NCBI GenBank assembly: GCA_038496445.1 | Contig: JALMLS010000634.1 | Span: 1 to 36,979, forward strand | Reading direction: 5' to 3' | From: Trichosphaerium sp. ATCC 40318 | Lineage: Eukaryota; Protista; Tubulinea | DNA length: 36,979 nt | In this document: positions 1 through 12,115 of the stretch, in pieces | Numbering within the stretch: position 1 is the first letter of the stretch | Layout of the letters: each line of letters opens with the position of its first letter | The notes under the pieces: model-generated | Database searches by the model: none | Told to the model about the DNA's origin: nothing | Seen by the model: only the letters and a program-made list of their open reading frames with translations | Program-made: the position numbers and the translations under genes

Positions 1-132
1 AGCGCAATCACGTGATTTTTGTATTCTGTTCCCACAATTATAAAGACGATGTAGTAACTAACATTCTTGTAAAGTGAAAGCGCTTGTTTTCAATATGTAC
101 AGTTCAAAATCGTTCAAGTTCTGAAATTTGTA
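1..132 (+). repeat. Left copy of a perfect 132-bp inverted repeat (may extend beyond the window start)
   Basis: 1-132 (agcgcaatcacgtg...ctgaaatttgta) is the exact reverse complement of 11984-12115. Confidence 0.95.
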
Positions 133-1043
133 TTAATAAAACGCGTTGCGTGTATTTCGCTTATAAAAACAGTATTTTCAAGTGGAAAACAAGTAGAGCG
201 TTATCTCTAAACACTGTAATTAATTAAAAGCTTCCGGAATCATCTCCGCTGTTCTTTTATAGTGCTACTGTGCTGTTTCCGGCATTGGCAAAATGCATCC
301 AATGGTGTGTACTAAACTCCTTACGTGTAGTATGAATAGTAATGCGTGATAAGCTTTGTACAAGCATGCAAAATCAAAAAAATGTCCTAATGTACATGCC
401 ACAACATGCCACAACAAACCATGTACTTTTTAGAATTTTTTTAAACCATGGGGAGTTCAAAAAGTTAAGTCTTATGAATGGGGATATTAAGGCTTAGGAT
501 CTCGGCAGTAGATGGATATAGTTGGGTTAATAGCTGTCTGTAGAAATACGCCTTTGTATACCATTACATCATTTTCTTCTTCCTCCTTGTTGCCTTATTT
601 CTTAGTCATAAGGCGCTGTCTTGTGCGTTTGGAAAACTTGATTTACTACTAGTGCTACCTCTGAGAAGCTCAAAGTGCCAGTTCTTGTAATACACTTGTG
701 CTTAAGTTGTTTACCTATTCAGAAAATAGTTAGTGCTTGGTGTTTGTAGTCTCTACAGGGACTAAAATCAGGGCTGAAACTCAGCTAGGCATTGCCTTCA
801 AGAATGATGCATATTCCTAATTTTGGCATTAGATGGAAAAATCAAGGCATTTGCATTTGGCACTGTCCAATAAAATAAGGCATTTTTACAAAAAGGCAAT
901 GCCTTCATCAAAAAGACATTAAAACAAGGCATTTTTTGGCATTTTTTGGCATTGCATAAAATCAGGTAATGCCTTGTATTGCTATTTTTGGCATTACATA
1001 AAATCAAGTAATGCCCTGTATTGCAAGTACTTTATGCCTTTAT

Positions 1044-2938
1044 CAGGGGTAAAAATATTCTCAGCAAATAAATAGCATTTGCCAGCAAAATTTACTGGCA
1101 AATCTAAGATTTTGCTGGCAAAAAAATCCATTAAATCAGAGCTGAAACTCAGCTAGGCATTGCCTTAAAAAATGATGCATATTCCTAACATTTGGCATTA
1201 GATGGCAAAATCAAGGCATTTGCATTTGGCAATGCCCAATAAAATAAGGCATTTTTACAAAAAGGCAATGCCTTCATCAAAAAGGCATTAATACCAGGCA
1301 TTTTTGGGCATCTTTTGGCATTGCATAAAATCAGGTAATGCCTTGTATTGCATTTTTTTGGCATTGCATAAAATCAAGTAATGCCCTGTATTGCAAGTAC
1401 TTTATGCCTTTATTATGCCTTATTTTTTTAAGCAATATATGCCTTGTATTTTAATTCATATATAAGGCATTGCCTATACTATATCATAGGACTGATCACA
1501 TTAAGGAAGTGGTTTAAGGTAAGTAACAGTCAAACAACTTTTACACTTTTTTTTTCACATCACCTACTGACGTTTTATATAGATAGGCATCTAGCGCTCT
1601 TAGTAATTCATGAAATTAGACGAAACCACCGCCAAACGAACCGCAGCACCCTATTTCACCTACAACAGTAGTAGGAGTGAACTCCGCGATATTTCCAGGA
1701 CCGTGGAATTCTAACACTACAAGGTAAGTTTTTTTTTTTTTTTTTTCTACACCATCTCATATTTTCTTTAAGGTTTTTTCAAATGTGGACTTAGGAGTTT
1801 TGTGTATTGTATGTGTACTGTATTATAAAATAAATAGTTGTGTTATTACCTGAAAATGCCCTGGTTTATTAGGCACTGTAGACTATGACAATGCTTTCTT
1901 TTTGCCTTCAAAATAAGGCATTGATGCATGAGTTATGCCCTAATTTGAAGGCATAATTCCTTAAAATATGCAGGCAAAACCATTGCAATCTTGTGTACCA
2001 GATGCAAGCATTTTTCATCAAATATGAGGCATTTTTGGAGCAAAAAATAAGGCATTATTTGATGAAAATGCCAAGGCATTGTCCAAAAATGCCTTGTTGA
2101 GTTTCAGCCCTGATTCAGGGTTTTTGCTGTTTTTTTTGGCAAACATTACTTGCAAATATCATCATTTGCCAGCAAATATCTATGGTATTTGCTGAAAATA
2201 CACAGTAAAAAAAAGCACATTTGGCAATAAAACCAGACAGGAGTTTCAATCAATGCACAAGTTATTTTATTTAAATCACATGCACAAATACAAAATCACA
2301 TTACAATGTACATAGAGTGTTTTTCTGTTGGGTGATTGGAACATTTCGCCATATGATTCTATACCATCTAACCCCCTGTAAAATGGTGCTGCGCATTTAA
2401 TGCAAGTGGTTTCATCAAAATCCGTGTATTACTAAGAGCTACAGAAGTATGTAAATATAAATCACTCGAAAATAAATAAATAAATACTTATATACCTCCG
2501 GACGCCTGCGGAAGGCAGGTAATTCCATAATACTTTTGTTGTTAATGTAAATTGGTTTTGCGGTCACAGGGAGCTTGGTTTGGTTAAATTCCGTCAATTA
2601 CTAAGAACGCTACATACCATTTAATAGTGATCATCCAAAATCGTTTTGGGCTCACATTGAAAAAGTATGTCAAGTCAATGAGTTTTTTCTGGGGAATATT
2701 ATAGCTGATGTTTTTTGGCCAACTCAGCAAAACCATGGCATTTGCCAACAAATGGCAAATATTTGGATTTGCTGGCAAATGACAGTTTTTGCAAAATGGC
2801 AAAACCATGGCTGATACCAAGATTTGCCATCAAATACCAGTTTTTGCCATTTCAGTAAAAATGGCAAAACCCAGCATTTGCCAGCAAGTGGCAAATATCA
2901 AAATTTGCCAGCAATTGCCATAGATATTTTTACCCCTG
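1044..2938. mobile_element. Non-autonomous TIR element B nested in A1
   Basis: TIRs caggggtaaaaata (1044) and tatttttacccctg (ends 2938). 3-bp duplication TAT/TAT relative to the uninterrupted A copy (gcctttattatgcc). TTTGCCAGCAA-type subterminal repeats. Confidence 0.9.
1137..2112 (+). mobile_element. Family A copy A2 nested in element B
   Basis: Termini cagagctgaaactca...tgagtttcagccctg, flanked by AT/AT. About 976 bp and highly similar to A3. Confidence 0.9.
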
Positions 2939-3768
2939 TATTATGTCTTATTTTTTTAAGCATTATATGCCTTGTATTTTAATTCATATATAAGGCATTG
3001 CCAATACTATATCATAGGACTGATCACATTAAGGAAGTGGTTTAAAGGATGGTAAGTTTGCTTTGAAATATTCCTCTTGTATACTACATTACATGTACTA
3101 CTCAATAAAGCTAGTTTCTATGTTTTTGTGGTAAGTTGTGGGAAAAAAAAAATGTCACAGGATTTAAATTTTTTCATTGAAAAAGCCAAGCTGGGGAGAC
3201 AGCAAGACAAACAAAGCAACAAATAGTATCAAGAGATGAAAATAACCAAAGACAAGTGTGTGTTATGCAAAAAAAACACTTTGATTAATGCAGGTATTGT
3301 CTGTATCATTCAAGTTTGCTAATCTTTGCAACTATTTGCTGTTTGTGACATTTGGTTTTTGTGTTTAGTCAGATTTGACAAATCTTGTAACTTCTGTTAG
3401 TTCTTGCAAGATCTTGTTAGTTCTTGCAAGATCTGTTAAAAACTACAAGATCTGACAGATCTTGTCAGTTTTGGAACAAACTAAATCCACTTGGACAGGT
3501 ACAACGCATACAAATTATTGTGACACCACATGTTCTTAACCACCATTATTTATTTGGTACATTAGCTTATGCCTCTGATGACCTCTACGGTCCAACGATT
3601 GTCTCCTATACTCCAAAACGGATTATTTCGCTATGTTATACTGTACATGCAGCACAAGATACTTTGGAAGTGCTTGGAATTTTCTTTGAGGTTTTAACGT
3701 TATCTCACGTTAAATACTCCTCTTTATGCCTGAATGTGCCAGCATTTGCATGTGGTAGTGGTGCTTGT

Positions 3769-3841
3769 AAGTTAATATGTAAATAATTATTGATTCGTAT
3801 TCGTTTTTATGGCTCCTGGGTGAGTAGTAATGAGAGCACCC
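3769..3841 (+). repeat. Diverged copy of the ~75-bp segment at 11906-11983 (candidate transposon end)
   Basis: aagttaatatgt...tatggctcctgggtgagtagtaatgagagcaccc|taa aligns with aagttaacatgt...tatggctccttggggtgagttaagtaatgagagcgcacc|tac. Confidence 0.7.
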
Positions 3842-4371
3842 TAAGTAAAATACTGTGATTGTCTTGTTAGATGATATGACTTTGACACTTTTTTGTCTTG
3901 CCTTAATGTACATAAGGACAGCAAAGAAGGGGCACTTTTTCATGAGTTATAGAATGTGATGCATTCACATTGCACTGGTTCTGCAGGTTTTAAGCTGTCA
4001 GTTCTTGCAAAAACTATCAAAACTGACAAAATCTGACAGAACTTGCAAGAACTAGCAGAACTTACAAGATCTGTCAGTTTTGTTACTTCTGCCAAACTTG
4101 TCGCAAACTTGAATGATACGGACAATATACAAAGAACTGATGTAATATGGGAATATAGTTTTTTCTGAATTTTCCAAAAACAAAAATTCAAAAGTGTAGA
4201 AAGATGCATAGCTAGGGCAGTCCACTAAACTAGAAAGCGCCTGGTTCACTTACAGTCGGGTCCTCGCTGTGCTTGGAACTAGAACCCAACCTTTGTTCAC
4301 ATATAGTGATCCATTGGTGGGTATAAGCATTCAGTTTTTGTATTGAATTCTATTTTTTCAAATTTTTTCTT

Positions 4372-5407
4372 CAGGGCTGAAACTCAGCTAGGCATTGCCT
4401 TAAAAAATGATGCATATTCCTAATTTTGGCATTGATGCATATTCCTAATTTTGGCATTAGATGGAAAAATCAAGGCATTTGCATTTGGCACTGTCCAATA
4501 AAATAAGGCATTTTTACAAAAAGGCAATGCCTTCATCAAAAAGACATTAATACCAGGCATTTTTGGGCATCTTTTGGCATTGCATAAAATCAGGCAATGC
4601 CTTGTATTGCATTTTTTGACATTGCATAAAATCAAGTAATGCCCTGTATTGCAAGTACTTTATGCCTTTATTATGCCTTATTTTTTTAAGCATTATATGC
4701 CTTGTATTTTAATTCATATATAAGACATTGCCTATACTATATCATAGGACTGATCACATTAAGGAAGTGGTTTAAGGTAAGTAACAGTCAAACAACTTTT
4801 ACACTTTTTTTTCACATCACCTACTGACGTTTTATATAGACAGGCACCTAGAGATATTAGTAATTCATGAAATTAGACGAAACCACCCCCAACCAAACCG
4901 CAGCACCCCATTTCATCTACAAAAGTAGTAGAAGCGAGCTCCACAATATTTCCAGGACCGTGGAATTCTAACACTACAAGGTAAGTTTTTTTTTTTTTTT
5001 TTCCCCCAACTCATATTTTCTTTAAGGTTTTTTCAAATGTGGACTTAGGAGTTTTGTGTATTGTATGTGTACTGTATTATAAAATAAATAGTTGTGTTAT
5101 TACCTGAAAATGCCCTGGTTTATTAGGCACTGTAGACTATGACAATGCTTTCTTTTTGCCTTCAAAATAAGGCATTGATGCATGAGTTATGCCCTAATTT
5201 GAAGGCATAATTCCTTAAAATATGCAGGCAAAACCATTCAATCTTGTGTACCAGATGCAAGCAGTTTTCATCAAATATAAGGCATTTTTGGAACAAAAAA
5301 TAAGGCACTGCCCTGTATTTGCCTTTTTGAATGAGGCAAAAACTAGGCATTTTTGTAAAAAATAAGGCATTATTTGAATGAAAATGCTTTGTTGAGTTTC
5401 AACCCTG
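4372..5407 (+). mobile_element. Family A copy A3 (complete)
   Basis: Termini cagggctgaaactca...tgagtttcaaccctg; colinear with A2. Confidence 0.9.
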
Positions 5408-5792
5408 ATACTATCCAAAAACAAAAAAATAGATTGACAACTAAATGACACAGTACCTCTCTTAGACATTGTTGAAGCTCTCTTTTTGCATATAACTGTA
5501 GATTGGGTACAAGAGTCCTCAAAATCAACACAATTCCATGTTAAAGCACTGCAATATGATGATATTTAAAAAAGACCAAAAAATACAACAACTTTTTCAT
5601 CTTGTTGTTACTTACCTTACCTTCTATTTCAGCTGAAACCTGTCTATGTCTATTCAAAATATGTTCTCCAACACCTCTTTGGGTTGCTTGATGCCCTTTT
5701 CAAATTCTACTTGACCTTTGTAGTCACTATCTAGAAAGAAGAGTGAGTGAGGTTTAATTTGATTAACAAAATGGTGTTGTGTTGTTTTACAC

Positions 5793-7387
5793 CAAGTCTA
5801 ACAATTAAAGTGGTATATACCACTTTTTTCAACAAAATGGTATATGGACTGGTATATATTTTTAAAATACCACTTTTTTTAGAAATTAAGTGAATAAAAA
5901 AGTGGTATATGGAAGGTATATCTGGCTCAGCCATGGCATATTTTTGGCTCAGCCATGGCAGTTCTCTGTTTATTATTGAACCTACCATAAGTTACTTTCA
6001 ACTAAAAAATTACAACAGCATTACCAGTGTTCAAGGCAATAATGTCACAGAATATTAGTCAATTAAAGTCTTTACATGTAGAAATATAAGGCAATTGATG
6101 AAAACTCTTACATTTTATTTGTTAGTACATAGGCACCAACTAAACAGATTGTTCCCAATACTTTTCATACCATGTATAGTTTAGTATGATTGATATACTA
6201 TATAAAAATGTGACAAATGTTTGAAACCTTCATGGCTTGTGGCAATTATTTTTTTCAACTAGAAAAAAATAGCTGGTACAAAAAAAACAATGTGCTACAT
6301 AATGAAATGTAATGTATTGATCTTCATGATAACACATCTAAAGTTTTTACTTTAGAATTAACATAAACTCCCCTACCATCAATGAGATTAAACACAAAAT
6401 AGTCCATTTATGACTTCAAAAACTTGATTGTAAAAAAACAATATTCAAAAAAAAAAAAAAAATACAACATCCATTATTTCTGATTCCAAGGTTCATTTGT
6501 AACTCTGCTGTTTACATAACATAGACAACACTGTTTTGGTGCAATAACTACAATCACAGATTTGTTGGTTTAGTTTTAAGGGCTGGGGAAGCTTTTTCTT
6601 AAAAAATGAATTTTTTACTGGTGAACACAATGTATGCTTTGTGTTCACTGAATTATGCTGTTATAATCACATGGTATACACATTATGCTTGCCTATATGG
6701 TAGTAAATTTTTATTGGATTGTGTGCTTTAGACACATACTAATACTTAAAATACTTGCCATGGCTGAGCCAAAAATTTGCCATGATTGAGCTAGATATAC
6801 CACTTTTTTATGGTATGTGGTATATACCACCTTTTTATTGGTATATACCACTTTTATGGTATGCTTCAAGAAGGTCATTAAGGAGCTTTTTGGTAATGGG
6901 TTTTCTTGTTGAATGATCATAGATGTCACACATTAAATGGTGTATAGAGACCTTATTATATCATAGAATCTAACTAAACCAAGCTCATTCGAACCACAGG
7001 ACCTGATTCCAGTACCAACATTAAGGAACCTATATTGCAGGTATTATACAGACGTTCGTGGATACCAGACAAAGTTTTATTTTATTTTCGTTTGATATAT
7101 ATTAACTGACCTCCGTAGGCCTTAGTAATTTATGGATTCAGGTGGAACCACTTTCATTAGGTGCACATCATGTTTTTACAGTAGTTACAGCAAGCTCATG
7201 GAGATGGACGAATTTTCCAGATGCCCATAGTAATGTAACTGTAGTGGACATTGTCCAAAACTTGTAACTCACAAACTGTATTAAATAAAGTGTATTTTCT
7301 GGAATTGCAGGTGTACCATAAGTAGGCATAAAGTGGTATATAAGAGTGGTATATACCATAAAAACCTGGTATATTTTTTTAGACCTG
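5793..7387. mobile_element. Non-autonomous TIR element C (possibly composite) with palindromic GTGGTATATACCAC subterminal repeats
   Basis: Termini caagtcta...tagacctg flanked by AC/AC. GTGGTATATAC repeats at 5808-5920, 6795-6855 and 7330-7375. Internal inverted pair ~5900-5961 / ~6756-6810 (gccatggctgagccaaaaa). Confidence 0.6.
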
Positions 7388-7822
7388 ACCGAATAAATAC
7401 TAATGCTAACACCAGCACTATTAATACTTACTTGACATTCTCTGGTAACAAACTGAGAACATGTCAAAGAACAACTTCAACATTTGAAAATGTCAAGTGT
7501 TGTGCCAGGTGATGTGTCTGGATGGCAAGTCACATTGTTCACAGAGAATATGAATGTCCTACCAGAAACTTGAGAACAAAAGTGCTAGTACAAATAGTAG
7601 ACTTTTTTTCTATGCAGTTGAAACTTAAGAAAACTAATTTTGGCCATCAACACAATTTCAGAGTCTGTAATAATATTTGCTGTTGCTACATACAGTTGGC
7701 ATGTATAAAAACAGTTTTGATACTGTGATGCTTGTAGTTGGTGCAGGGCAGTACACTTATTGCAACTACTTTGCTTTGTTTTGCGTTTTTCCCTAGAACA
7801 GTGGGTAGTTAAAAAAAATAGC

Positions 7823-8095
7823 TTACTTTATGACACTTTCAACTTCAGGAAAGTCAATTATCATGGCTTCCACTATGTAAGTGTTCTTTGGTGTAGAGCA
7901 CGCATAAGCCAAGTGTGACAACGTATTCAACGCAAAGAAATTCTTTATGAACTCATTTTGTGCTTTTTTAGAGCATGCTGCTCCATCTGCTCTATTGTGA
8001 GCACGTAGGGTGCTAAAAATTTCCATGTAAAAATAGCGTTGGCATTGCGGCGCTGTATACGGAGTTGAAGTTTGGCAACAGCATAATGTATTGCC
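7823..8095 (-). pseudogene. Degenerate fragment of a transposase paralogous to 9104-11720
   Basis: After correcting one frameshift it reads AIHYAVAKLQLRIQRRNANAIFTWKFLAP(L)RAHNRADGAACSKKAQNEFIKNFFALNTLSHLAYACSTPKNTYIVEAMIIDFP. This aligns with PIHAVVANIQQRLKTRDPGANIIWRFLAPLRAHNRADGSAASSKKLQNKYIRNFFVLSELSHLAYACRTLKNTYMLEAMVNDFP. Confidence 0.85.
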
Positions 8096-8289
8096 TGTTT
8101 CATTCAAATTTTGAGAGACAGACTGACTTTTGCTGCAAAAAAAATCCAGTTTCTGCCTGATCTGTCAGATCTGACGGATTTGACACTTCTGACAGATCTT
8201 GCAAATTGTCATTTTTTAAATGTGAGCTACCTGTACGTTGAGTTTTTGAAGCAAAACTAAAGCAAACAGTGTTTGAGGCAGCTTACTGT

Positions 8290-8600
8290 GTTTGGCAGTA
8301 ATGTGATAGTTTTGTAGGACATCACACCTTTTTAATTCGCTTTTAGCGCATTGAACCTTATGTGGTTTGATCGTACAGTTTGCGTGGGTAAAATGCTGCG
8401 ATTATCTTCCATGGTCTGTTGAAACTTACATTGAAAATCTTGCTATCACTTACCGTAAGGTACCTAAGTCATATAATGAAGGACAACATTGTAACACAAA
8501 TAGTTCACATTGTGATAGATCTACACCATTTGACAGAAGTGTCAGATCTTGCTAGATCTGCTAAAAGTGCTAAAAACTCACTTTCTAGAAAATATTACAG
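8290..8600. repeat. Old dispersed repeat (family D) with an inverted diverged copy at ~26190-26520
   Basis: Shared blocks in opposite orientation: tatcactt...taaggtac(c/a)taag, gttcacattgtg, gtca(g)atcttg. Related GATCTGACAG/CTTGCAAG microrepeats also occur at 3370-3470, 3995-4100 and 8155-8200. Confidence 0.5.
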
Positions 8601-9103
8601 AACCCATTTACAAACTTTGAACAATAAATAGGCTGGGAAACCCAAATATGTAGAACCTTGTCAAAAAAAAGTCGAAAATTCGGCACACTAACTATCCTAT
8701 ATTATGCCATAGGAACTATTTAGAAAGCCCCCCCTTTCAGGGGGGGGTTTGGGGGGGCAGAGCCTAGCGGCGACTCAGCGCCATAACCCAGTTGTCTCCC
8801 TTTGTGGCGAACAGTTCAATATCACTTTGACATTTTTTCAACTTTTTTTTCGACATTTTAGTACACACCCTTGTAATTTTCCTCTTTACGCCTGAACATG
8901 CCAAAATTACCACCTGGTGCTAGTAATGAGAACTTTTTGCTAAGCAGTTGATACCTCTCAATGGAACGATTTATGCGTGTAAAACATGCACAGAAAGTTT
9001 CTGTGGTTAAAGTGTACCTCAAATGCGTAAAAAAATTAAATACTATTTTTGACGAGTTTTTTTCTGGTTTTGGAAAGTTTTGCATATTACTGGTCAACAA
9101 CAG

Positions 9104-11720
9104 ATGCAACGCAATCCAAGTGAAAGGATTTGGTTTATTTGCGTGTGCTGCAATAAAAAAAAGCATAGGGAGTCAGGAGAAAACAGGTTAAACAAAATAG
9201 AAGGTGAATACTTCATTGGATACTCGCCATGCGTTTTAGCACGCGTAGAAAACGCTACGGGCAGCTTTGCTTGCAATACATGCCGAAAAAAAAATGCAAA
9301 TGAGCTAAAGGTATGGTAGACCGAAACCGCCTGCTTTTTTGAAGCTGCGTATACAAAGCTGTGGCTTAATTACACGTGTGTACAACTTTTCAAAGCAGGC
9401 CTTGGCGGTGGGGCCTCTGGTTTCAAGTTTTTCGCCAATCAACTAAAAAAAAGCGCCAAAATGTCATTCTTATTTAGCATTTAGTGTAACCCAGGTAGAC
9501 CTGTAGTACAATTTGAAGCTCTGCGGACACATCAGCAACGCAAAAGGTATTGACACTTTTTACATAAAAATCCAAACAACTAATTTTTTCGTAGAAAATT
9601 GGATGCTTTACACAAAGAAATAATAACTTATGTTGACCATCTACTTGCTCAAAGAGATCCAAAGTTGGTTAATGCATATAGAAAAAGGTATTCAGATCCA
9701 TCTCAATCACCAACAAAGGCACTGAGGAATAAAATTGTTGTCGACAGAGTAATACAACTGTATTTGAGTCTTTCAAAGAACTCACCAGTTCGTAAAAGTG
9801 CATTGCTCTCCTTCTTTGATGGCATTGATGATAGTACGTAATTGTGACTACCTTTTGGTGCTGATTATATCAGAGAATACAGCTAAGATGATCAGCCAAA
9901 CAACTCAAGCAGTAAACAAAGCCAGACAAAATATTAGAAGCTGTCCACCTCTTGATTACTTTCTACGAGACCTTGGGTTCAGAAGGGACAAACTAGGAAA
10001 TAAGGGGAATACAATTTAGGAATGGCTTGAGATGAATTGTGTTGTTCCATCGGGTAAGTACACGTTGAAATAGTCCACCAATTTTGGCTAAAATAAAAAT
10101 GTGTATTAACAAAACCATTTAGGTAGTACAAATCGGCGTTTTAGAGGCACAAAAGAAGCAATGTATCTAACATATTGTGCATGGGCAGAAGAACAAGGTC
10201 TTGACACAGTGAGCAGGCCAGTGTTTGAGCGTTTTGTAGATGCCGAACAAATTCAAGTCAGAGAGGGTGATAAATTTGAATCTAAGGAAGCTATTAAGCT
10301 TCAAGAAAAGGTAACAGAGTTGAATGAAAAGGTGACCAGTGGCATACCTGAGGAAAGTCTACAAAAGCTACGAAAAGAAATAGCCAACCTAAAAACAATA
10401 GATGAGTTTGCACGTGCTAGGATATATGAGTATGTAAAGGATCACCTTGATCTTGAAGCAAAACCTGATAGAGGTGTTATCACGCTAGATTTTACAGCTT
10501 CTCAAACTAACATGGAAACTAACTACATTATCCTTGTCTTGGTTTTAGCAACGAAGAACAAAATAGAATTGCCAGAAACATTGAAGAAGTATATGGTGTC
10601 ACCTACAAAACCACCATCAACATCAAATATAACTCTCGACAAACCTCAAAAAAAGAAAAGAAAAAGACGCACTAAGAAAGAGATGGAAAGAGATCAAGCA
10701 AAAAACCCTAAGAAACGACGAATGTCACACACACAAAAGCTTAAACAAGATGCTAAACCAACTCCACAATTGAAAAGTATTCCATCTATTAACTGCTCAA
10801 CATACAAACCTTGTGTTACATACTTACACTTCACTGTTAAAAAAGAACAAAAGAATAAAAAGGTAAAACAAACTGCTGACTATGTACAGTGGGTTCTAGA
10901 GCTTCTATACCAACATAAGTTCTTTGACCTGTTCAAAGAAATTATTTTATGGCACGTACCTTTTTTGTTGTTTCATTTTCTCTTTATTCAGCAACTGGCA
11001 AACATTTTAAAACATACCCTATACATGCTGTTGTTGCCAATATTCAACAGCGCTTAAAAACACGTGATCCAGGAGCCAATATTATATGGCGGTTTTTGGC
11101 ACCACTTCGTGCTCACAACAGAGCTGATGGTTCCGCAGCAAGCTCTAAAAAGCTACAAAATAAGTACATACGAAATTTCTTTGTACTGAGTGAACTGTCG
11201 CACCTTGCATATGCTTGTCGTACTCTCAAAAATACGTACATGTTAGAAGCCATGGTGAATGATTTTCCTGTTCTCGAACCAGCTGAACCTATTGGTGATA
11301 CATTTATGCGAAATGCATTTCAATTTAGCTACGGCATACCAGAAAATGGTTTTGATGACTGTGAACACACGTGCGTTAGCAAAAAACAAATGCGAGTACT
11401 AATTTTCTGTTAAATATAGTTGTGATCCTAAAGGCCCAAACAGAACATGTAACCACAATTGTGGGGGTTGTAGACGTGATCCTATCCGATTTTTGCCTGT
11501 GACGGTAGCCATGCGTTATGGTTCTGAGTTGGTGCTTGAGGACAAGAGGATACAACTCAGCTATAACGGTCCCAAACCAACAAAAAAAGATGGATGGAAT
11601 ACTAAGAGAGACAAACAAAGAAGAAATCCAAAACGTAGAATACGCTCTAGGGGAACTAGTTATATACACCTAGCACAAGATGAGCCAATTGAGGATGGAC
11701 AAAAGGAGTATATTCCGTAA
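9104..11720 (+). pseudogene. Intron-containing DDD-type transposase (Sola2/Zator-like by motif), apparently disrupted
   Basis: N-terminal CVCC...CNTC; MYLTY...VSRPVFERF; VITLDF; KEIILW...GKHFK; WRFLAPLRAHNRADG; basic NLS-like tract. In-frame TAG at 10017-10019, and no splice at ~10952-10991 restores the expected second Asp. Start position uncertain. Confidence 0.7.
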
Positions 11721-11983
11721 ATAAAGAAAAAAACTACATTTTTTTACAATAAAAGTCTTTGTCCTGTTCAGAAGTGTTTGATAGTCGAGTCCTATAAACT
11801 TGTATATATATGCCACAACATATATAACTTTTGGTTTGGTGAGATTAAGCTGTGATGTGAAATTGAATTATTTTAAAATAATCAACTACTTAGCAAAAAA
11901 TTCTCAAGTTAACATGTTTATCATTATTAATTCGTAGCCGTTTGTATGGCTCCTTGGGGTGAGTTAAGTAATGAGAGCGCACC

Positions 11984-12115
11984 TACAAATTTCAGAACTT
12001 GAACGATTTTGAACTGTACATATTGAAAACAAGCGCTTTCACTTTACAAGAATGTTAGTTACTACATCGTCTTTATAATTGTGGGAACAGAATACAAAAA
12101 TCACGTGATTGCGCT
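11984..12115 (-). repeat. Right copy of the 132-bp inverted repeat
   Basis: Exact reverse complement of 1-132. Lies ~300 bp upstream of the ankyrin-ART start and contains TCACGTGA. Confidence 0.95.

Larger units (their letters stand above)
769..3045 (+). mobile_element. Non-autonomous TIR element family A, copy A1 (interrupted by element B, right end missing)
   Basis: Starts cagggctgaaactcagc at 769 and matches A2/A3 to 1043. It resumes after element B at ~2942 and loses similarity at ~3045. Contains arrays of AAGGCATT/AATGCCTT. Confidence 0.85.

Noticed and set aside
1597-1650. Hammerhead ribozyme (GACGAAAC core-like)
   Set aside because: No CUGAUGA partner or supporting stems, and the GAAA is not kept in all homologous copies.
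798-5469. Short Cys/Ala/Phe-rich ORFs in the ORF track
   Set aside because: They are translations of the GGCATT/TTGCCA subterminal repeats of elements A and B.
10017-10019. Stop-codon reassignment (in-frame TAG in the transposase)
   Set aside because: Intact genes in the window end in TAA or TAG and lack internal stops; simple decay is sufficient.
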